A stretch of 64,000 nucleotides of DNA from contig OZ024742.1 of assembly GCA_964016885.1 (NCBI GenBank), positions 377,208,001-377,272,000 on the forward strand. The letters are read 5' to 3'. This document shows positions 38,274 through 52,750 of this stretch, in pieces. The stretch's first letter is position 1; every line of letters begins with the position of its first letter. A program made the position numbers and the translations under genes. The notes beneath the pieces are model-generated. The model was given only the letters and a program-made list of their open reading frames with translations, made no database searches and was not told the DNA's origin. Origin of the DNA: Eledone cirrhosa (Eukaryota).

Positions 38274-38629
38274 CTAGCAGATTTACCCGGCGTTGCTCGG
38301 GGTTTGAAATTATGCTAAGAATATACAGCTAGGAAGTAAAAGAAGAACATTATTTGTCCTCAACCTGTCAAAATAAGCAGTCTCTTTATAAGGATTGTCA
38401 ATAAAGTTGGTTATCTCCCTTACATCAATTTTGCTACCGATAATTTTGATATCGATTTTTTATTGCTCAACGTGGGTCGATTAGAAAAAGTTTTGTGATG
38501 TGACCATTTTAGCGACCTGTGCAACGTGCACAGAAAATTTGGTCAAATTCGGTTGGTAATTGTAAAAGCCTTAGATATCCAAAGTTGTACACAGACACAC
38601 ACACATCCTCGCTTTTATATATATAAAGA
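38274..38629 (-). mobile_element. Non-autonomous Helitron
   Basis: Minus strand begins TC-TTTATATATATAAAA and ends with hairpin CCCGAGCAACGCCGGG followed by CTAG. Inserted between A and T. Confidence 0.8.
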
Positions 38630-38828
38630 TATATAAACATACGCAAAATAAATATAAGTATATACATACATATGACTATCTATTCCTACAAAAAGATCAC
38701 CCTTCCGTCGACAAGGAGTTGATCACATGAAAATATTTCAGTAAATCCTAGTTTTTAAGGTAGCAGATTCTTAAATTAAATAACCAGTCCAGATAATTCT
38801 ACCTTCATTTAGTTCAATCTCTAAATAA

Positions 38829-39310
38829 TAATTGTTTCTACCTTTGGCACAAGGCCAGCAATTGTACCAGTATATTACTGGTACTTTATTTTATCTACCC
38901 CGTAAGGATGAAAGGCAAAGTTAACCTCGGCAGGATTTGAATTCAGATCATAAAGGGCCGCAACTCTTTGCTGCAAAGCATGGCGTCCGACCCTCTACCG
39001 ATACTGCCAATACAATACTATGTAGCTAATATTATTTACGGTGGATTGGCAGTATCGGTAGAGGGTCGGACGCCATGCTTTGACGCATTGAGTTACGGCC
39101 CTTGCCATTCTGAGTTCAAATCCCGCCGAGGTTAACTTTGCCTTTCATCCTTACGGGGTCGATAAAATAAAGTATCAGTAATACACTGGGTAATTGCTGG
39201 CCTTGTGCCAAAAGTAGAATCAATTATTTATATATTTATGGGGTCGATAAAATAAAGTACCAGTAATGCACTGGGATAATTGCTGGCTTTGTGCCAAAAG
39301 TAGAAACAAT
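38829..39310. mobile_element. Head-to-head SINEs (38829-39010 -, 39039-39230 +) plus a 3' fragment
   Basis: Family consensus. Confidence 0.9.
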
Positions 39311-39422
39311 TATTTATGTATATTATCTTAAGTTAACATATCGTAGTTTTTCTTTTTTATTTATATTAAAGTTCCTTCAATGTGGTAGTTCTATCATATA
39401 TATGTATGTATCTGTGTGTTTG

Positions 39423-39448
<26 letters not shown>

Positions 39449-39454
<6 letters not shown>

Positions 39455-40955
39455 CACCCCCACTAGAGAACAGTCAGGAATTAGAGAAAAACACAATGGA
39501 AAGCATCCAGCAAATAGCTAACTCCATCCACCAGAGTATTAGAGTTACTATAGACTACCCAAGCAAACACCCCAACCATCGATTACCTGTACTAGACACA
39601 GAGCTCTGGTTAGATACCATTAATAACAAAAAACAAATCCTCCATTCCCATTATGCCAAACCCACGACTTCCAAATATCTGATCCACCGAAACTCAGCTG
39701 TTTCGGACCATACCAAAATCAACATACTGATTGCGGATTTGGTACGGGTGATGAGAAACGTGTCCCGCATGTGCAACCCTGAATAACTAGAGAGACACAT
39801 ACAACACTTCATCCACCGTATGCAGTTCTCTGGTTACAATCAGAGAGATAAAATCAGAGTGTATAGAGGAGCCAGAACCAAATGGGAAAAAATGGTAAAT
39901 AATGACACAAATGGGACCTGCCCCTTGTATAGGAGCAAATTTTGGAATAGAATAGAAAGAACTAGGAATAAGGCTAATAGAATAAACTCATGGTATGATA
40001 GCAATAAATACCAGAGTGTAATGTTCATCGATACAACCCCTAGAGGTGAATTAGCTTACAAATTTAGAAGGGCCCTAGATAAACTTAAACTCAATATTAA
40101 GATAGTAAAAAGACCAGGTACCTCCATAAAAACACTTATTAGCAAGACATACCCTTTTCAAAGACCCCCTGTATAGATAAGAAATGTATAACCTGTAAAT
40201 TAAGCCCACACATTAACTGTAAAACTAGAAATGTAGTATATAGCATAAGATGTACTGAAGGACAATGTAGAGATAAAAATATAGTGTACATAGGTGAGAC
40301 AGCTCGTAGTGTAGGGGAACGGATAATTGAACACTGGCGAGACCTTCAAGATAGTAAAGAATGATCTGTACTCTACCAACATACTAAAATATAACATAAG
40401 GGTAAATTAGAGAACATAGATATAAAAATAGAATCTACACACAGAAAAGACGCAATGTTTAGACAAATCACAGAGGCAATAAATATAAAAGAATTACAAC
40501 CAAAATTAAATAGAAAATATGAGTGGAACAGCAACATCACAACTTACAATTAAGGACAAAATGAAAACACACACGCACATAGAACAAACAACCAACCAGT
40601 AACATGTAAATAAACAAATAAATAAACGAATATAAACACACACAGACACCCGGATGTGGCGCATGTGCAGACTGAGCACACAACACACACACAGAAACAA
40701 AATGGCGTAGGACAGAACAAAGGAGAGGCACAAAAACAAAGAAAAGAATCCCCAGTCACTGAAGAGGTCACAGAATGTGTGATGAAAGAACGTTGACAAT
40801 ATATAAACAACCATCTGGTTGTGGAACCAACCAACCAACGAACCGGAAATTTATAAATTCCTAAATTTACAAATTTATTATAATAAATTGAAGTGAAAGC
40901 AACTGGTGCGTGTGTTTCTTATTGGCAACATGACCCTCCCAAAGTATAACAATAT
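39449..40955 (+). pseudogene. 5'-truncated decayed Naiad-like PLE copy
   Basis: Homologous to 8608-10196 with stops and frameshifts. HHR remnant at ~40754-40798. (TA)n flanks. Confidence 0.95.
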
Positions 40956-40996
40956 AATATATATATATATATATACATATATACATATATACATAT

Positions 40997-41040
<44 letters not shown>

Positions 41041-43695
41041 TGACTCTTCCTGTAATTTTCATCGAAAAAAAGTTTTGAATACATCTTCTCTTTTCATGAT
41101 ATTTGGATTACATTGAGTTCTTCATACGGATTTGACACTACCGTATATTTTGGTAGATCTATCTACATACTTTGCTCCTAATTTTATACTGGTATTCGTA
41201 TTTTAATATATATTTTTATATTTATATATATAATTTTATAACTCCCTATATATATTTGAGCTCTCTTTCTTGTCCATTATCCATATTACAATGGAAAAAT
41301 AATACTTGGGAACTTCTTTAATGAATATACCGATACCTTCTAAGGATGAATTCTTACTTCTTATGATACAAAAAACCAACCAATTCATGATTTGATAAAA
41401 AAACAAAATATCCTGATAAGAAATATTTATATGATTTCACTACATATAAGAACCCACCACACAACTCCTTGCTTGAAAACTTCGAGAAAGACCTTTTTAA
41501 CTTAATCAAACACCTCAAATTTAAGAAATATAAATCTAATTTTCAAAAGGATCTTGATTCTACCCTATTGGATCTAAAAGAATCTAGCAAAGTCCACGTC
41601 CACTCTGACAAAACTGGAAATCTATACCACATAGATATTGATAATTACAATGAGTTCATTTATAAAGAACTCAGGAAAATTATAAAAAAAAACAAATAAT
41701 GCTGCACTTATCAACAACAAAACACACAACATAGTAAATAAACTCAATATTGAAGACAGAATTGAACCTTTGGCACTGAAGAAACAACACTTTAACCTGA
41801 AAGATCACAAATCTAACTTTAACTCTAATCCTTCTCTAAGACTTATATGCCCTTCCAAATCTGACATTGGCATCATTAGTAAAAATGTTTTTAGACAGAG
41901 TCATCCCACAATTAAGAAAACATGTTAATTTACCACTCTGGAAAAACACATCCCAGGTAATTAACTGGTTTATCAATATTAGAAATAAATCATCTGCTTC
42001 ATTTCTACAATTCGATATAGATGCTTATTATCCCTCTATATCACCCATACTCCTGAACAAAGCCTTGATATTTGCCAAAAATAGATCAAACTTAACTATG
42101 GATGACATTAATATTATCACGCACGCTAGACAAACACTACTGCAATTTCAGAAGGAATACTGGACCAGAAATACATATAGTAATCTATTCGACATTACTA
42201 TGGGCTCTAGCGATTCTGCCCAAATTACCGATCTTGTGGGCCTCTTTCTTCTATTTAACATAAATGCTTCTTTTCCCCACCTTAAATGTGGCTTATATCG
42301 TGTGGACTGTCTTCTTCTTTCCACTAACCTTAGCCTATCAGAAATTGAAAAAACTAAAAAATCTTATTAGAACTTTCCTCAAAGACTATTATAGTCTCAC
42401 TATTACATTTGAAAACACCAGTAAAATAGTTAATTTCCTTGATATAACTTTAGATTTATCTACGAGTATCTACCAACCTTACCATAAACCTAACCAAAAC
42501 TTACATTACATACACTCACAATCCAATCACCCTAGATCTATCCTTAAAAACCTAGCATATAGTATCTCACTAAGAATTTCTAACCTTTCATCTAACCAGG
42601 ATGTATTCGATAAAAATGCGACCTTATATAAGAAGCTTTAGCCAGAAGCGGCCACAAAAACAAATTAGTCTATATACCTTGTACCAATAATACTTCAAAC
42701 ATACAACTCAAACACCAAATGAAAAACACACACCTAAATGCCACTCATACTATACCCCCAAATACCAACTTAAAACTGAATTTCTCTACCTCCTCTCACA
42801 TACAATATAATAACTTTCAAAAAACCATTCATCCTAATACTCCAATATACGTTAATAACATTACTAACAAAATTCCTAATAATCAGACTAAAACACCAGT
42901 TAATCTAACTAAACCTATATATAATAAATTCACTAATACTAACTCTCTTAGTAAACATCCTGATACATCGTATAAATATAAAAAACAACATCGAAACCCT
43001 AATAGACGAGTTACTTGGTATAATGCTCCATTTAATCTACAAATTAAAGATAATATCCCTAAAAATCTTTTACTATCCTAGAGAAAAACTTCCCGCCAAA
43101 CCATAAATACCATCAAATTTTAAATAGATCAACGGTCAAATTTTCCTGCAACACTACCAAAAATATACAACAAAATATAAGTGCCTACAATGAATATAAA
43201 TGTGAAAGAAACCATGAATATACAACCAACACATCAAACTAACCAACACATCAAACTATAATACTAAAATAAACTGCAACAAACCACCATCTCCTTCACA
43301 TATAATAAGTCGAGTAAATTCCACACCAAATTTGACTAACTCCCCTGATATAACACTCACGAAAGGTTGTAACTGTAGAAACAAAGAAAATTGCCCATTA
43401 AAAGGAAATTGTCTTATTAATAACATAGTATATAAATGTAAGATTAGCACTAAGGACTCAACTTATTCATATATAGGAGCTACTTCTAACCAATTTAAAG
43501 TAAGATTTAATACCCACAAACATAATTTTTAAAATGCCGCATTAGCTAATACAACATCCTTGGCTGAAATAATTAATAATTATAGAAAAAAGAATATCGA
43601 TTATAACCTGACCTGGAGTGTGCTCAAAAGGGCCACCCCTTATCAAAATAGCAGATATGAGTGTAGATTATGATCCCAGGAACATTTTGAAATAA

Positions 43696-43874
43696 TTGTT
43701 TCTACTTTAGGCACAAGGCCAGCAATTACCCAGTGCATTACTGGTACTTTATTTTATCGACCCCGTAAGGATGAAAGGCAAAGTCAACCTCGGCAGGATT
43801 TGAACTCAGATCGTAAAGGGACGTAACTATGCTGGAAAGTATGGCGTCCGACCCTCTACCGATACTGCCAATCC
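43696..43874 (-). mobile_element. SINE inserted in the PLE endonuclease region
   Basis: TSD TGAAATAAT. Confidence 0.9.
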
Positions 43875-44454
43875 TGAAATAATGAAATCTAAGTATACCC
43901 TATTAATTAAGCGACAAGAATTAATTATATCGTGCAATCATAGAATTAGAAGAACTTTCAAATATTATAAACCTAATTAATTACCTTACACTTATACTTT
44001 ACAAATTATTATAATTAGTTATTTTTTAATTTAGTTAACCTATAATTAGTATTTTACTACTGAGAACTTCATAATTTTATTTCCCCTTTACAGCTCTCTT
44101 TTCCTAAAATGAATACCTATAAGTATACATATAAACTATTTTAATTTCCTGTTATGAATCTAAATTCCTTGTAGTCTATATAAGTTTGTTATTTCTCACT
44201 AATACATTTAACCCAACAAATTTTTTCCTTCTTTTTAACAACATTCTTTAATAACATCTAACTCTTATTTATCACATCTATATGAATAAACATAAATTTA
44301 TCCCTATAAGTATACCTATCAATTAAATTAATTTAATTTCTTGTTATAGATCTAAATTCCTTGTGTTTTAAATAAGATTGGTATTTCCCACTAACTCATT
44401 TATCGTAAAATTTTATTCTCCTTAGATTTTAACATTAGCATTATTCTTTAATAA

Positions 44455-44636
44455 CTGTTTCTACTTTTGGCACAAGGCCAGCAATTATCCAGTACATTAC
44501 TGGTACTTTATTTTATCGACCCCGTAAGGATGAAAGGCAAAGTTAACCTTGGCGGGATTTGAACTCAGACCATAAAGGGCTGTAACTCTTTGCTGCAAAG
44601 CATGGCGTCCGACCCTCTACCGATACTGCCAATTCA
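44455..44636 (-). mobile_element. SINE in the PLE 3' UTR
   Basis: TSD ATTCTTTAATAAC. Confidence 0.9.
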
Positions 44637-45159
44637 ATTCTTTAATAACATCAAATGTTCGTGTACCTTTCACCAGCTTGACCTCTTTTCATCCCCAAAG
44701 TAATCTTTTCATTCAAAGTATTCTTTCCATTCAAAACTTAAGTCTGCACCCCTCTACCCCTAAATTAAATTTCTACTACTACTATTCTATCAACTTGACC
44801 ACTTACTACTTTCAAAACCTGTTCCCAAACAGACCTATTATATTAAATCTTTGTTGTTGTTTTTTCAATAAACAAATATCATTATTTCTGAAGACAGCGT
44901 ACGGGGTCGATAAAATAAAGTACCAGTAATGCACTGGTTAATGGCTGGCCTTGTGCCTAAAGTAGAAACAATTATTTCTGAAGACAGCATATTTATGTGT
45001 AGGTATGTATATTTCCTCTGATAGTTTGTAAAATATTTACATAAATCTATATGATATACATACCAACACACATATATATCCTAGAAACGTTCGTAAAATG
45101 ATGAATTTTTTAATATAAGGAACTGTTTCTTTGTTTTTATTCATTGTTTTTATTAATTT

Positions 45160-47658
45160 ATATATATATATAAAGGGAAGATGGACATTGTTTAGTGTAC
45201 CGAACTTGCCTGCTACACCGTTCATTCAATTTTCATGAAACCTCACACATATATAAAACTCAACGCGTAGAGTGGAATAGGCTACTTTAAATTTTCGAAA
45301 AATCGATAATCGGGCCCTATGACAGAATGTTTTGCGATTCCAATGAAATTTTATGTGAATTCGAACACAAGAACTCTTAGTTTACATCTGGCGCAATAAA
45401 AATAAATTTCATATGCCCATATAAGGACGTGCGTTATTGATTGGACGGCCAGCTGTCTCAGTAAACGACCGACCATTAAAGAGTTTCTTTTCATATTCCA
45501 CATTATTCAAGTGGAAATACAGTATTATCCCTATCTGAAAAGGGAACCAAATTTAATGGTGTCTTTTGTGAACCTAAAAGCTGTGAGTAAATTTTCAAAC
45601 AGTCTTAAATAATCATGCTTTTTGAAATAAAAATTACTAAATAATACGTTGAGCAGGTTGTGTTGTACACATACAATACAAGTAAAAAAATTTACGTCGT
45701 ACCAATGTTTTCCTTTTTTAAACAAAAGATTCTAAAAAATTACTTAATTTATAATACAGTCTTTTGCACAGGAAGTGAGTAACTTTTCGGGTGTTTAAAC
45801 GTAAGTTCACCAGGGTTTGTGTCTTCATTATTAGCCAACCTCTAATGGCATTTTTTGTTCTGCTTACGACTAAATGTTATGAGCGTATTTGCAATTAATT
45901 GCGCACACGTGCACACCTGCATGCAGATAGACACTGACAGCTAATAAAAAATCGATAACTTGCTTATTAAGATATCGGTCAAAAAGAGAGATTGAATGTA
46001 CTTTAGAACATTTTTTGAATATATTGTTCTTTTTGGCATGATATGTCAGAAATATAGCTACTATACACTTTGGTTATTTTTTGTAACTAAAAAACGGTTC
46101 CTTTTGGGTGGATACTTAACGAGAAAAATCCTAGGGTTTTGGACAAGTTTGTTTCAGGCGCTGTATAGACGCCTATTTTGTCACACCTTAGTCATGAATT
46201 CGTATTCTTTTCCAATAGATATTTTCCGCTATATAAGGCTCACCAGGATATAAGGCGTATCATTTAAAATCAGATCCGCGCAACGGCGTGTAAGGCCAAC
46301 CAGAAAATGCTATCTTCTTTACTTTTAGTCTAGATCTATTACTTCTGTTAGAGCCGTGATTGATTACCATTGTATTATTTATACATAAGGCTCACCGGAG
46401 TATAAAGCGCAGAGTTGTTTTTTGATTAAATTTAATTATTTTAAGTGCAGTTTATAGACGGGAAAATTCGGTAAGTTATTGTAATCATATTTCCAAACCT
46501 TCCCATTCACCAGTAACCATGCTAACGAATCTGGTGTCATCTCTCTCTGTATTTAATCACCTCTCTCTAACCTAACAGCTTCGTTACACGTCGTTATGCC
46601 CACACGGAAACGTTCAAGACTTACCTCCAAAAAAGGTACAGCTATTGCTTTGAGACAACGAATTAGGCGTTCTCAGGTATGAGTTCATTCACAATTGATT
46701 AATCCTTTATGCAATATTCTCCCTTAATGTTAGCAAGTACTGCGTTTATCCTAACTGTCACCACTTTTAAGCAACTACAACATTCTAATCGTAGTTATAT
46801 TAAATTTATTGTCTTACCTTGATTCCCTTTTGTTCATGTTAGACTTTTCTCATTTACTATTGCCACTGCCATTGGCTTAGCTAACCAGTAGAATTAATTA
46901 ATTTTCTCTAGGAAACACCTGCTGAGCGCGAATCTCGACTCGCTGATAGACGTCTTTCCCGGCTGGTTGAGTCACCAACATCACGTACGACAAGGCTTGC
47001 TGATGTTCGCTTTCGTCGCCAACAAGCGCTGACGGAGAAATCACCAACATCCCGTCAGACGTGGCTTGAGGCTGTGGCAAAGGGCAATAACCCTAGATAC
47101 AATTTTGATCGACTTTTTTTCACCTATAGCAAATTTACCGGGACAGGTTTTTAGCTACTCAAATCTACTTCGGAGATCACGCATTGATGTAAAAAATCAA
47201 TAAAACTGAAGCGGGGCTCGACTTTGCGCAAAAAAACAAGGCAAAGTTACACATGGGAAAACTTTTTACAGGAATGTCCTATATTCTTGAAAACTGTCAC
47301 AAAAGACTCGCCATTATGCCGCGGTTAAGATAAAGGCCCTTTTAATTCTTCTTCTGCACATGTGAGCGGAAAAATTGTAAAAAAAAAAACCCCTGAAAGT
47401 AATCGACATTTTCACCCTGCTTTAAATTAACTGAACATTCAATATCAAGCGATTTTGACTTCCGTCAGTCGTGCAGAGAACAATTTCAACGATACACTGT
47501 GTAACTACAATTAATAAATTACACACCTGTGTCTACTAACCTATTTTTTTCCATTGAAGTTCGAAGTTTTGAACCTGTGATGCGCGGGAAGTAACTTTCA
47601 CACATTCTAACAGACCAAAGGTCGACTTACACCCGGGCAACGCCGGGTACTTCTGCTA

Positions 47659-47659
<1 letters not shown>
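45160..47659 (+). mobile_element. Internally deleted Helitron (5' boundary approximate)
   Basis: 3' hairpin CCCGGGCAACGCCGGG plus CTAG at 47656-47659. Starts TATATATAAA. Contains spliced RepHel-like N-terminus. Confidence 0.72.
46596..47075 (+). pseudogene. Helitron RepHel N-terminus with STPR-like repeats; exons 46596-46676 and 46912-~47075
   Basis: MPTRKRSRLTSKKGTAIALRQRIRRSQ | GTATGA...TTTTCTCTAG | ETPAERESRLADRRLSRLVESPTSRTTRLADVRFRRQQ. Phase-0 join. No Rep or helicase domain follows. Confidence 0.7.
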
Positions 47660-47706
<47 letters not shown>

Positions 47707-47897
47707 GGAGTGTCACCCCATTCTGAACTTGTTTATAGAATTCTTTCTGCCTTTGTTACTGTAAATATAAACTATAGCTTTGAAGAATTAGCTTTTAATG
47801 AATTCCCTTTTCTATCAACCAATGACCTCCACCCACTCCCTACCCTCTCCTACCACCTGAAGAGACCTATAAATATCATATTTATTTTTTGATACCC

Positions 47898-47948
47898 AGA
47901 TTCCTGATGATTTCTAAAGAATGAAACAGTTCTAGTCCTGTAGAATCT
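47898..47948 (+). ncRNA. Type I HHR
   Basis: agattc-CTGATGA-t-ttc(taaa)gaa-t-GAAA-cag(ttctagtc)ctg-TA-gaatct. Confidence 0.8.
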
Positions 47949-47982
47949 CATCTATATTAAAACTATATATATATGTATATAT

Positions 47983-48034
<52 letters not shown>

Positions 48035-49189
48035 GTATATTGGTAGCTACGGTGCTTCTGTAGACGGTATGCCAAAATTAGCACTCGATATTCATCAGAG
48101 TAGAGTGTAGGAATTATCCAAAAAAAACGAAAAATTAGTGATGCATCTGGACTTAGTTTATTTCGTGTTACAAATGTTTCGCCAGCATGTAGCTCGAGTC
48201 ATGGTCCGTGTATGGATCTGGCTGATTCTACTTCTGCGGGTTCTTTCAGACACGTCTGTTATGTCCGGAGCAAATTTTATCACTGGGGTGTTATCAAAAC
48301 AACCCCTCAAAAAACCTTCTTTCCACTCTTGTCATGCCATTGGTTGTTTTTACTCCACGTCATCACAGTTCTGGTCAGTATCTGCTGCCACACGGTTCAT
48401 CAACTATTTTCCGTCCGACATATTTCAATGGCAATGTTTATGTACGTATGTGTTCGTATGTGTGTGTGGACATGTGTGAGTTTACGTTTGTGTATATATG
48501 TGTGTGTATGTATGTGTGTGTGTATATATATGTATATATATACATATAGTTATGTAATGAACAACATAGGATAGCTGTTTAATTTACCAGTGTTTTCTTG
48601 AAAGCAAACGATATTTACTTTCACTCATCAGAATGAAAAAATCCTAAGTGTGTATGTATATCTGTGTATGCACATGTGCGTATATATGTATGTATGTGAA
48701 TGTATGTGTGTATGTGTATATGCGTGTGTATGAGCATGTGTATGAGCGTGTGTGTATATATATGGATATATATATATGTATATATATATATGTATAACAC
48801 ACACATTTTATTCGATTATTTTATTTTATTTTGTTCCTTTACCATATTATTCCTTCTACCACTTTATCATTTTTTTTAGCTGACTCCAACAGCAACACCA
48901 CTACCAACATAAGAATAGAGGTCAGATGTACCTAACAGTAACAAGAACAACCACTACAGATTGGCTTGCCTCAGAACGAATTTCTATAGACCTTTGACTG
49001 AGGAATGTTCTAACAACTGACCAGTGAGAGGAGAAGAGGCCCTTTGACACTGAAATTCGTTTGTTTAAATTCATATGATTCCAGTTCCTCAGTGAAATAA
49101 CAACCCAACCAGGAACTGGGCATATCAGAGTATTGACAAAATTATACACCTCAACAACATATGTACTTGTCTATACCACACTAATTCGG

Positions 49190-49244
49190 ACTGCCTGAAG
49201 AGTTCACAGCCAAAGATGGCAGTCACCGAAATATATATAGCAGT
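49190..49244 (+). ncRNA. Type I HHR
   Basis: actgc-CTGAAGA, imperfect stem II, GAAA-tatata-TA-gcagt. Confidence 0.7.
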
Positions 49245-49425
49245 AATAAACGAAGCCAAATTTTAAACATTTGACTTATTTATTTTATTTTATTTTATAT
49301 ATATATATAGGTGTGTGAGTGTGTATATGAGTGTTTGTATGCGAGTGTGTGTGCATATGTATCTATGTATGAATATATTTGTATAATATATATATGTGTG
49401 TGCGTGTGTGTATGTATGTATATAT

Positions 49426-50033
49426 GTCAGGTCACCAGTTGGTGCTACTGGTAACATGTATCCCAGTACAACCTGTCCCATGGTCGGGTCGTTGGCGACT
49501 AAACTGGCAACCCCACCAAGGTTTCTTGGTGAGGAGGGTGACTTTGGACATCCTGCAGGACTAAAAACAAAACCTGTCAAAGGGCAAAGGAGCTCTTAAG
49601 AGTCAATGGCCATCCAAAATCACCGGGAGAGATGACCCCTTAGCCTTTGTCAAGGCAGAATTCTAGGAGAAGGAAAACTCTGATATAACACCTGCAACCC
49701 TGATGGTATCCAATGATGTTGACTTGTTCTTCTTTTTGGTAAATATCATCTTGGTTAAGAGAGTGGGACTGGCTTTGTGCAGTGCCTTTGCTCACTATAA
49801 AAGCTTCACGGCACAGGCATTGCTTTATATCTGGAGATCTCTCTGCACTTGTCGTCACATGGTACCATGGGCCCAGCACTATGTGTCAGTAATTGTCACA
49901 AGTGTAGTGTTTGTACCAGAGTTTTCAAGTCGCTGGCTGGACTAAAAAGTCACACTCGTTCAGCGCATCGGTAGGGGTTCTCCTACATGGATATAAAGTA
50001 GTGGCCGTACTCGAAAACGAGTTGGCAGCCACC
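49426..50033 (+). mobile_element. Non-autonomous RTE-derived element, full length
   Basis: Same family as 30746-31355. Confidence 0.88.
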
Positions 50034-51351
50034 ATATATATATATACACACACACACACAGAGACACACATATATCTAAATCCATATTACACTCATACAT
50101 ACATGTATTATGCAAGTGAAGTGTGGCCAGATCACATACAATGATCTTATTTTTTCCTCTATAGTACTCGACATTTAGATACGTATTCATCTTCACGCCT
50201 GATATGACACGAATTTCTATGCTCGATTGAATTGCTTCAAATTTATTTTTTGTATATTTTCATCGAACCGTATAAAGATGGCAAAGGCGATATTGAACTT
50301 ACAAATATCTACACACTAAACATAGAAGACCAAATAGATATGAAGAATTTATCACTTTTCTCTTTGTATATGTAATTTCTCACTAGCCTCACTTTAACCT
50401 ATACCAATAAATATAGAGTTTCAATAACTTTTATGTTTATTTCACAAACTTTCTCTAAATATTATCATTTTTATTATTTATTCTTTCTTATTTATTATTT
50501 TGATTAATTAGCTGATGGTTTGTTTGGTAATTTGTTTAGTTTTCTCCTTTGCAAGAACCAAGAAGTAGTTCGCCATTATCTGTGTTTAATACAATGAAAC
50601 TATTGGCCACGACTGTTTTGTAACTACGAGACACTTTCTAGCATTAACATACATGAAGGTAAGAAGTGACATTTAATTCCTACCACTGATCCACGCAAAC
50701 TTGTTGTATATCTTAGTTCAGTCTGTCATCTATTCTCTTCCACATCCTTAATATATGTCACTAAGATTGACGACTGTTATACTAAGTTTGGCACTTGATA
50801 TGGACATTTCTTCATACTTTACAATATATCGCATGTAGATTTCTTTATAAAAATTGAAAGCAAAATAAAAAGAACGAAAATGTCAGTGAAAAGACATTAA
50901 AAGGCAGATATAGGAAGCCATGTAAGCGTGTCATGATTTAAATGTCTGTGGGAATCCTATGAGAAAAGTTCAGTGTTTGTGTATATAATACTCATTAGTA
51001 AATTGTGCTGGAGTCGGCAAATTGGCAGAATTGTTAGAAGGTCGGATAGAATAAGTTCCAGCTGTCTCTACTCTAGTTCAATACCTGCCGAGGTCGGTAA
51101 AAAAGGTTCAATTACGTACTGGGGTCGATTCTTCTTATTTTCTATCACTTTCCTTCTCTGGAAGAAATCGGTTGTGTTTAGACCTAGAGAGGGGGTAGCC
51201 TCTGCTAGATTTAAAATACCAAATACCTGAGACTAGTTGTATGTCAGTACAGGACCACAGCGACTCCCTCAAGAGTTACGGGTACACACACACATACATA
51301 AATACATACATACATATACCCATAAATACATAGACACATACATACATATAA

Positions 51352-51540
51352 TAATTGTTTCTACTTTTTGGCACAAGGCCAGCAATTACCCAGTGCATTA
51401 CTGGTACTTTATTTGATCGACCCCGTAAGGATGAAAGGCAAAGTTAACCTCGGCCGGATTCGAACTCAGAATGGCAAGGGCCGTAACTCTGTGCGTCAAA
51501 GCATAGCGTCCAATCCTCTACCGATACTACCAATCCACCG
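51352..51540 (-). mobile_element. tRNA-derived SINE
   Basis: Family consensus, reverse strand. Confidence 0.9.
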
Positions 51541-51599
51541 CATATACATATAATAATGGTTTCTCATTTAAGCACAAGGCTATAGATATATATAATAAT

Positions 51600-52750
51600 G
51601 GCTGCATCTCGGTTTCAAGAACTGCACTTCCTTGACTGTTTTCTCATACCTGTGTGGTACAAATATGAACTTTTAGCCCTGACAAGTACTTAGAATCCTT
51701 TCTGCATATGCTGCAGCGAAAGAAGAAAGAATAGTTCATCTCACACAACACACGTGAAATATGTATAGATAAAGTGATGTCTATACTTCAACCTTTTTAA
51801 GTAAAGAAAGTCCTTACACTGGACCAATCCCACTCTCTGAACAAGGGCGACAGGTATCCAGTAAGAAGAACATGTCAACATCAGTGGCTGCCACCGAGTT
51901 GCAGGTTTACATCAGAGTTTTCACCTAGAATGATGTCCTAACAAGAACTAGGGCTCTTTCACTTTTGGTGGGCTAACTGCGCACTCGGACATCAGACTGA
52001 GTATTTCCTTGTTCCTGCGCATACATGCACACACACATACATACATATATACATTCATACATACATACATATATACATATATACATGGTGGCTGCCAACT
52101 CGTTTTCGAGTACGGCCACTACTTTATATCCATGTAGGAGAACCCGTACCGATGCGCTGAACAAGTGTGACTTTTTAGTCCAGCCAGAGACTTGAAAACT
52201 CTGGTACAAACACTACACTTGTGACAATTATTGACACATAGTGCTGGGCCCATGGTACCATGTGACGACAAGTGCAGAGAGATCTCCAGATATAAAGCAA
52301 TGCCTGTGCCGTGAAGCTTTTATAATGAGCAATGGCACTGCACAAAGCCAGTCCCACTCTCTTAACCAAGATGATATTTACCAAAAAGAAGAACAAGCCA
52401 ACATCATTGGATACCATCAGGGTTGCAGGTGTTATATCAGAGTTTTCCTTCTCCTAGAATTCTGCATTGACAAAGGCTAAGGGGTCATCTCTCCCGGTGA
52501 TTTTGGATGGCCATTGACTCTACATACATGATGATGGCTGCCCCATCGTTATCCAGTATGGCCATTGCACGATATAACATTATTAATAATTATCAATTAA
52601 TGCTATCGTGCAATGCCTGTGCATGAAGATTTTTTTTAAAGTGAGGAAAGACTGTGCACTGAGCCAATCCCACTCTCTGAGCGACAGTAACTATAACCAG
52701 AAAAGAAGAAAAGATCAACATCATCGGTAACTACTGAACCGCAGGTTTTA
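51600..52750 (-). mobile_element. Stack of RTE-derived element copies (young 52085-52521; old 51600-51960 and 52530-52750)
   Basis: Shared CCAATCCCACTCTC, TCAACATCA and GCAGGT motifs. Confidence 0.7.

Larger units (their letters stand above)
41037..45160 (+). pseudogene. Near full-length decayed PLE (Hydra-group-like) with three nested SINEs
   Basis: SDKTGNLY, LKDHK.NF..NP..RLI.P.KS, FLQFDI..YYPSI, FDITMGS.D.A...DLVG, GLYR.D, VNFLDITLDL, SNHP, WYNAPF, CNCR....CPL.G.C, YIGAT. Many stops and frameshifts. 3' pLTR with HHR at 44971-45102. Confidence 0.9.

Noticed and set aside
46216-46473. Nested MITE with TACCG-like terminal inverted repeats
   Set aside because: Left terminus too degenerate to call by eye.
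51650-51710. Minus-strand exon with good splice-like sites (ICRKDSKYLSGLKVH)
   Set aside because: Matches the zinc-finger remnant of an old RTE-derived copy.
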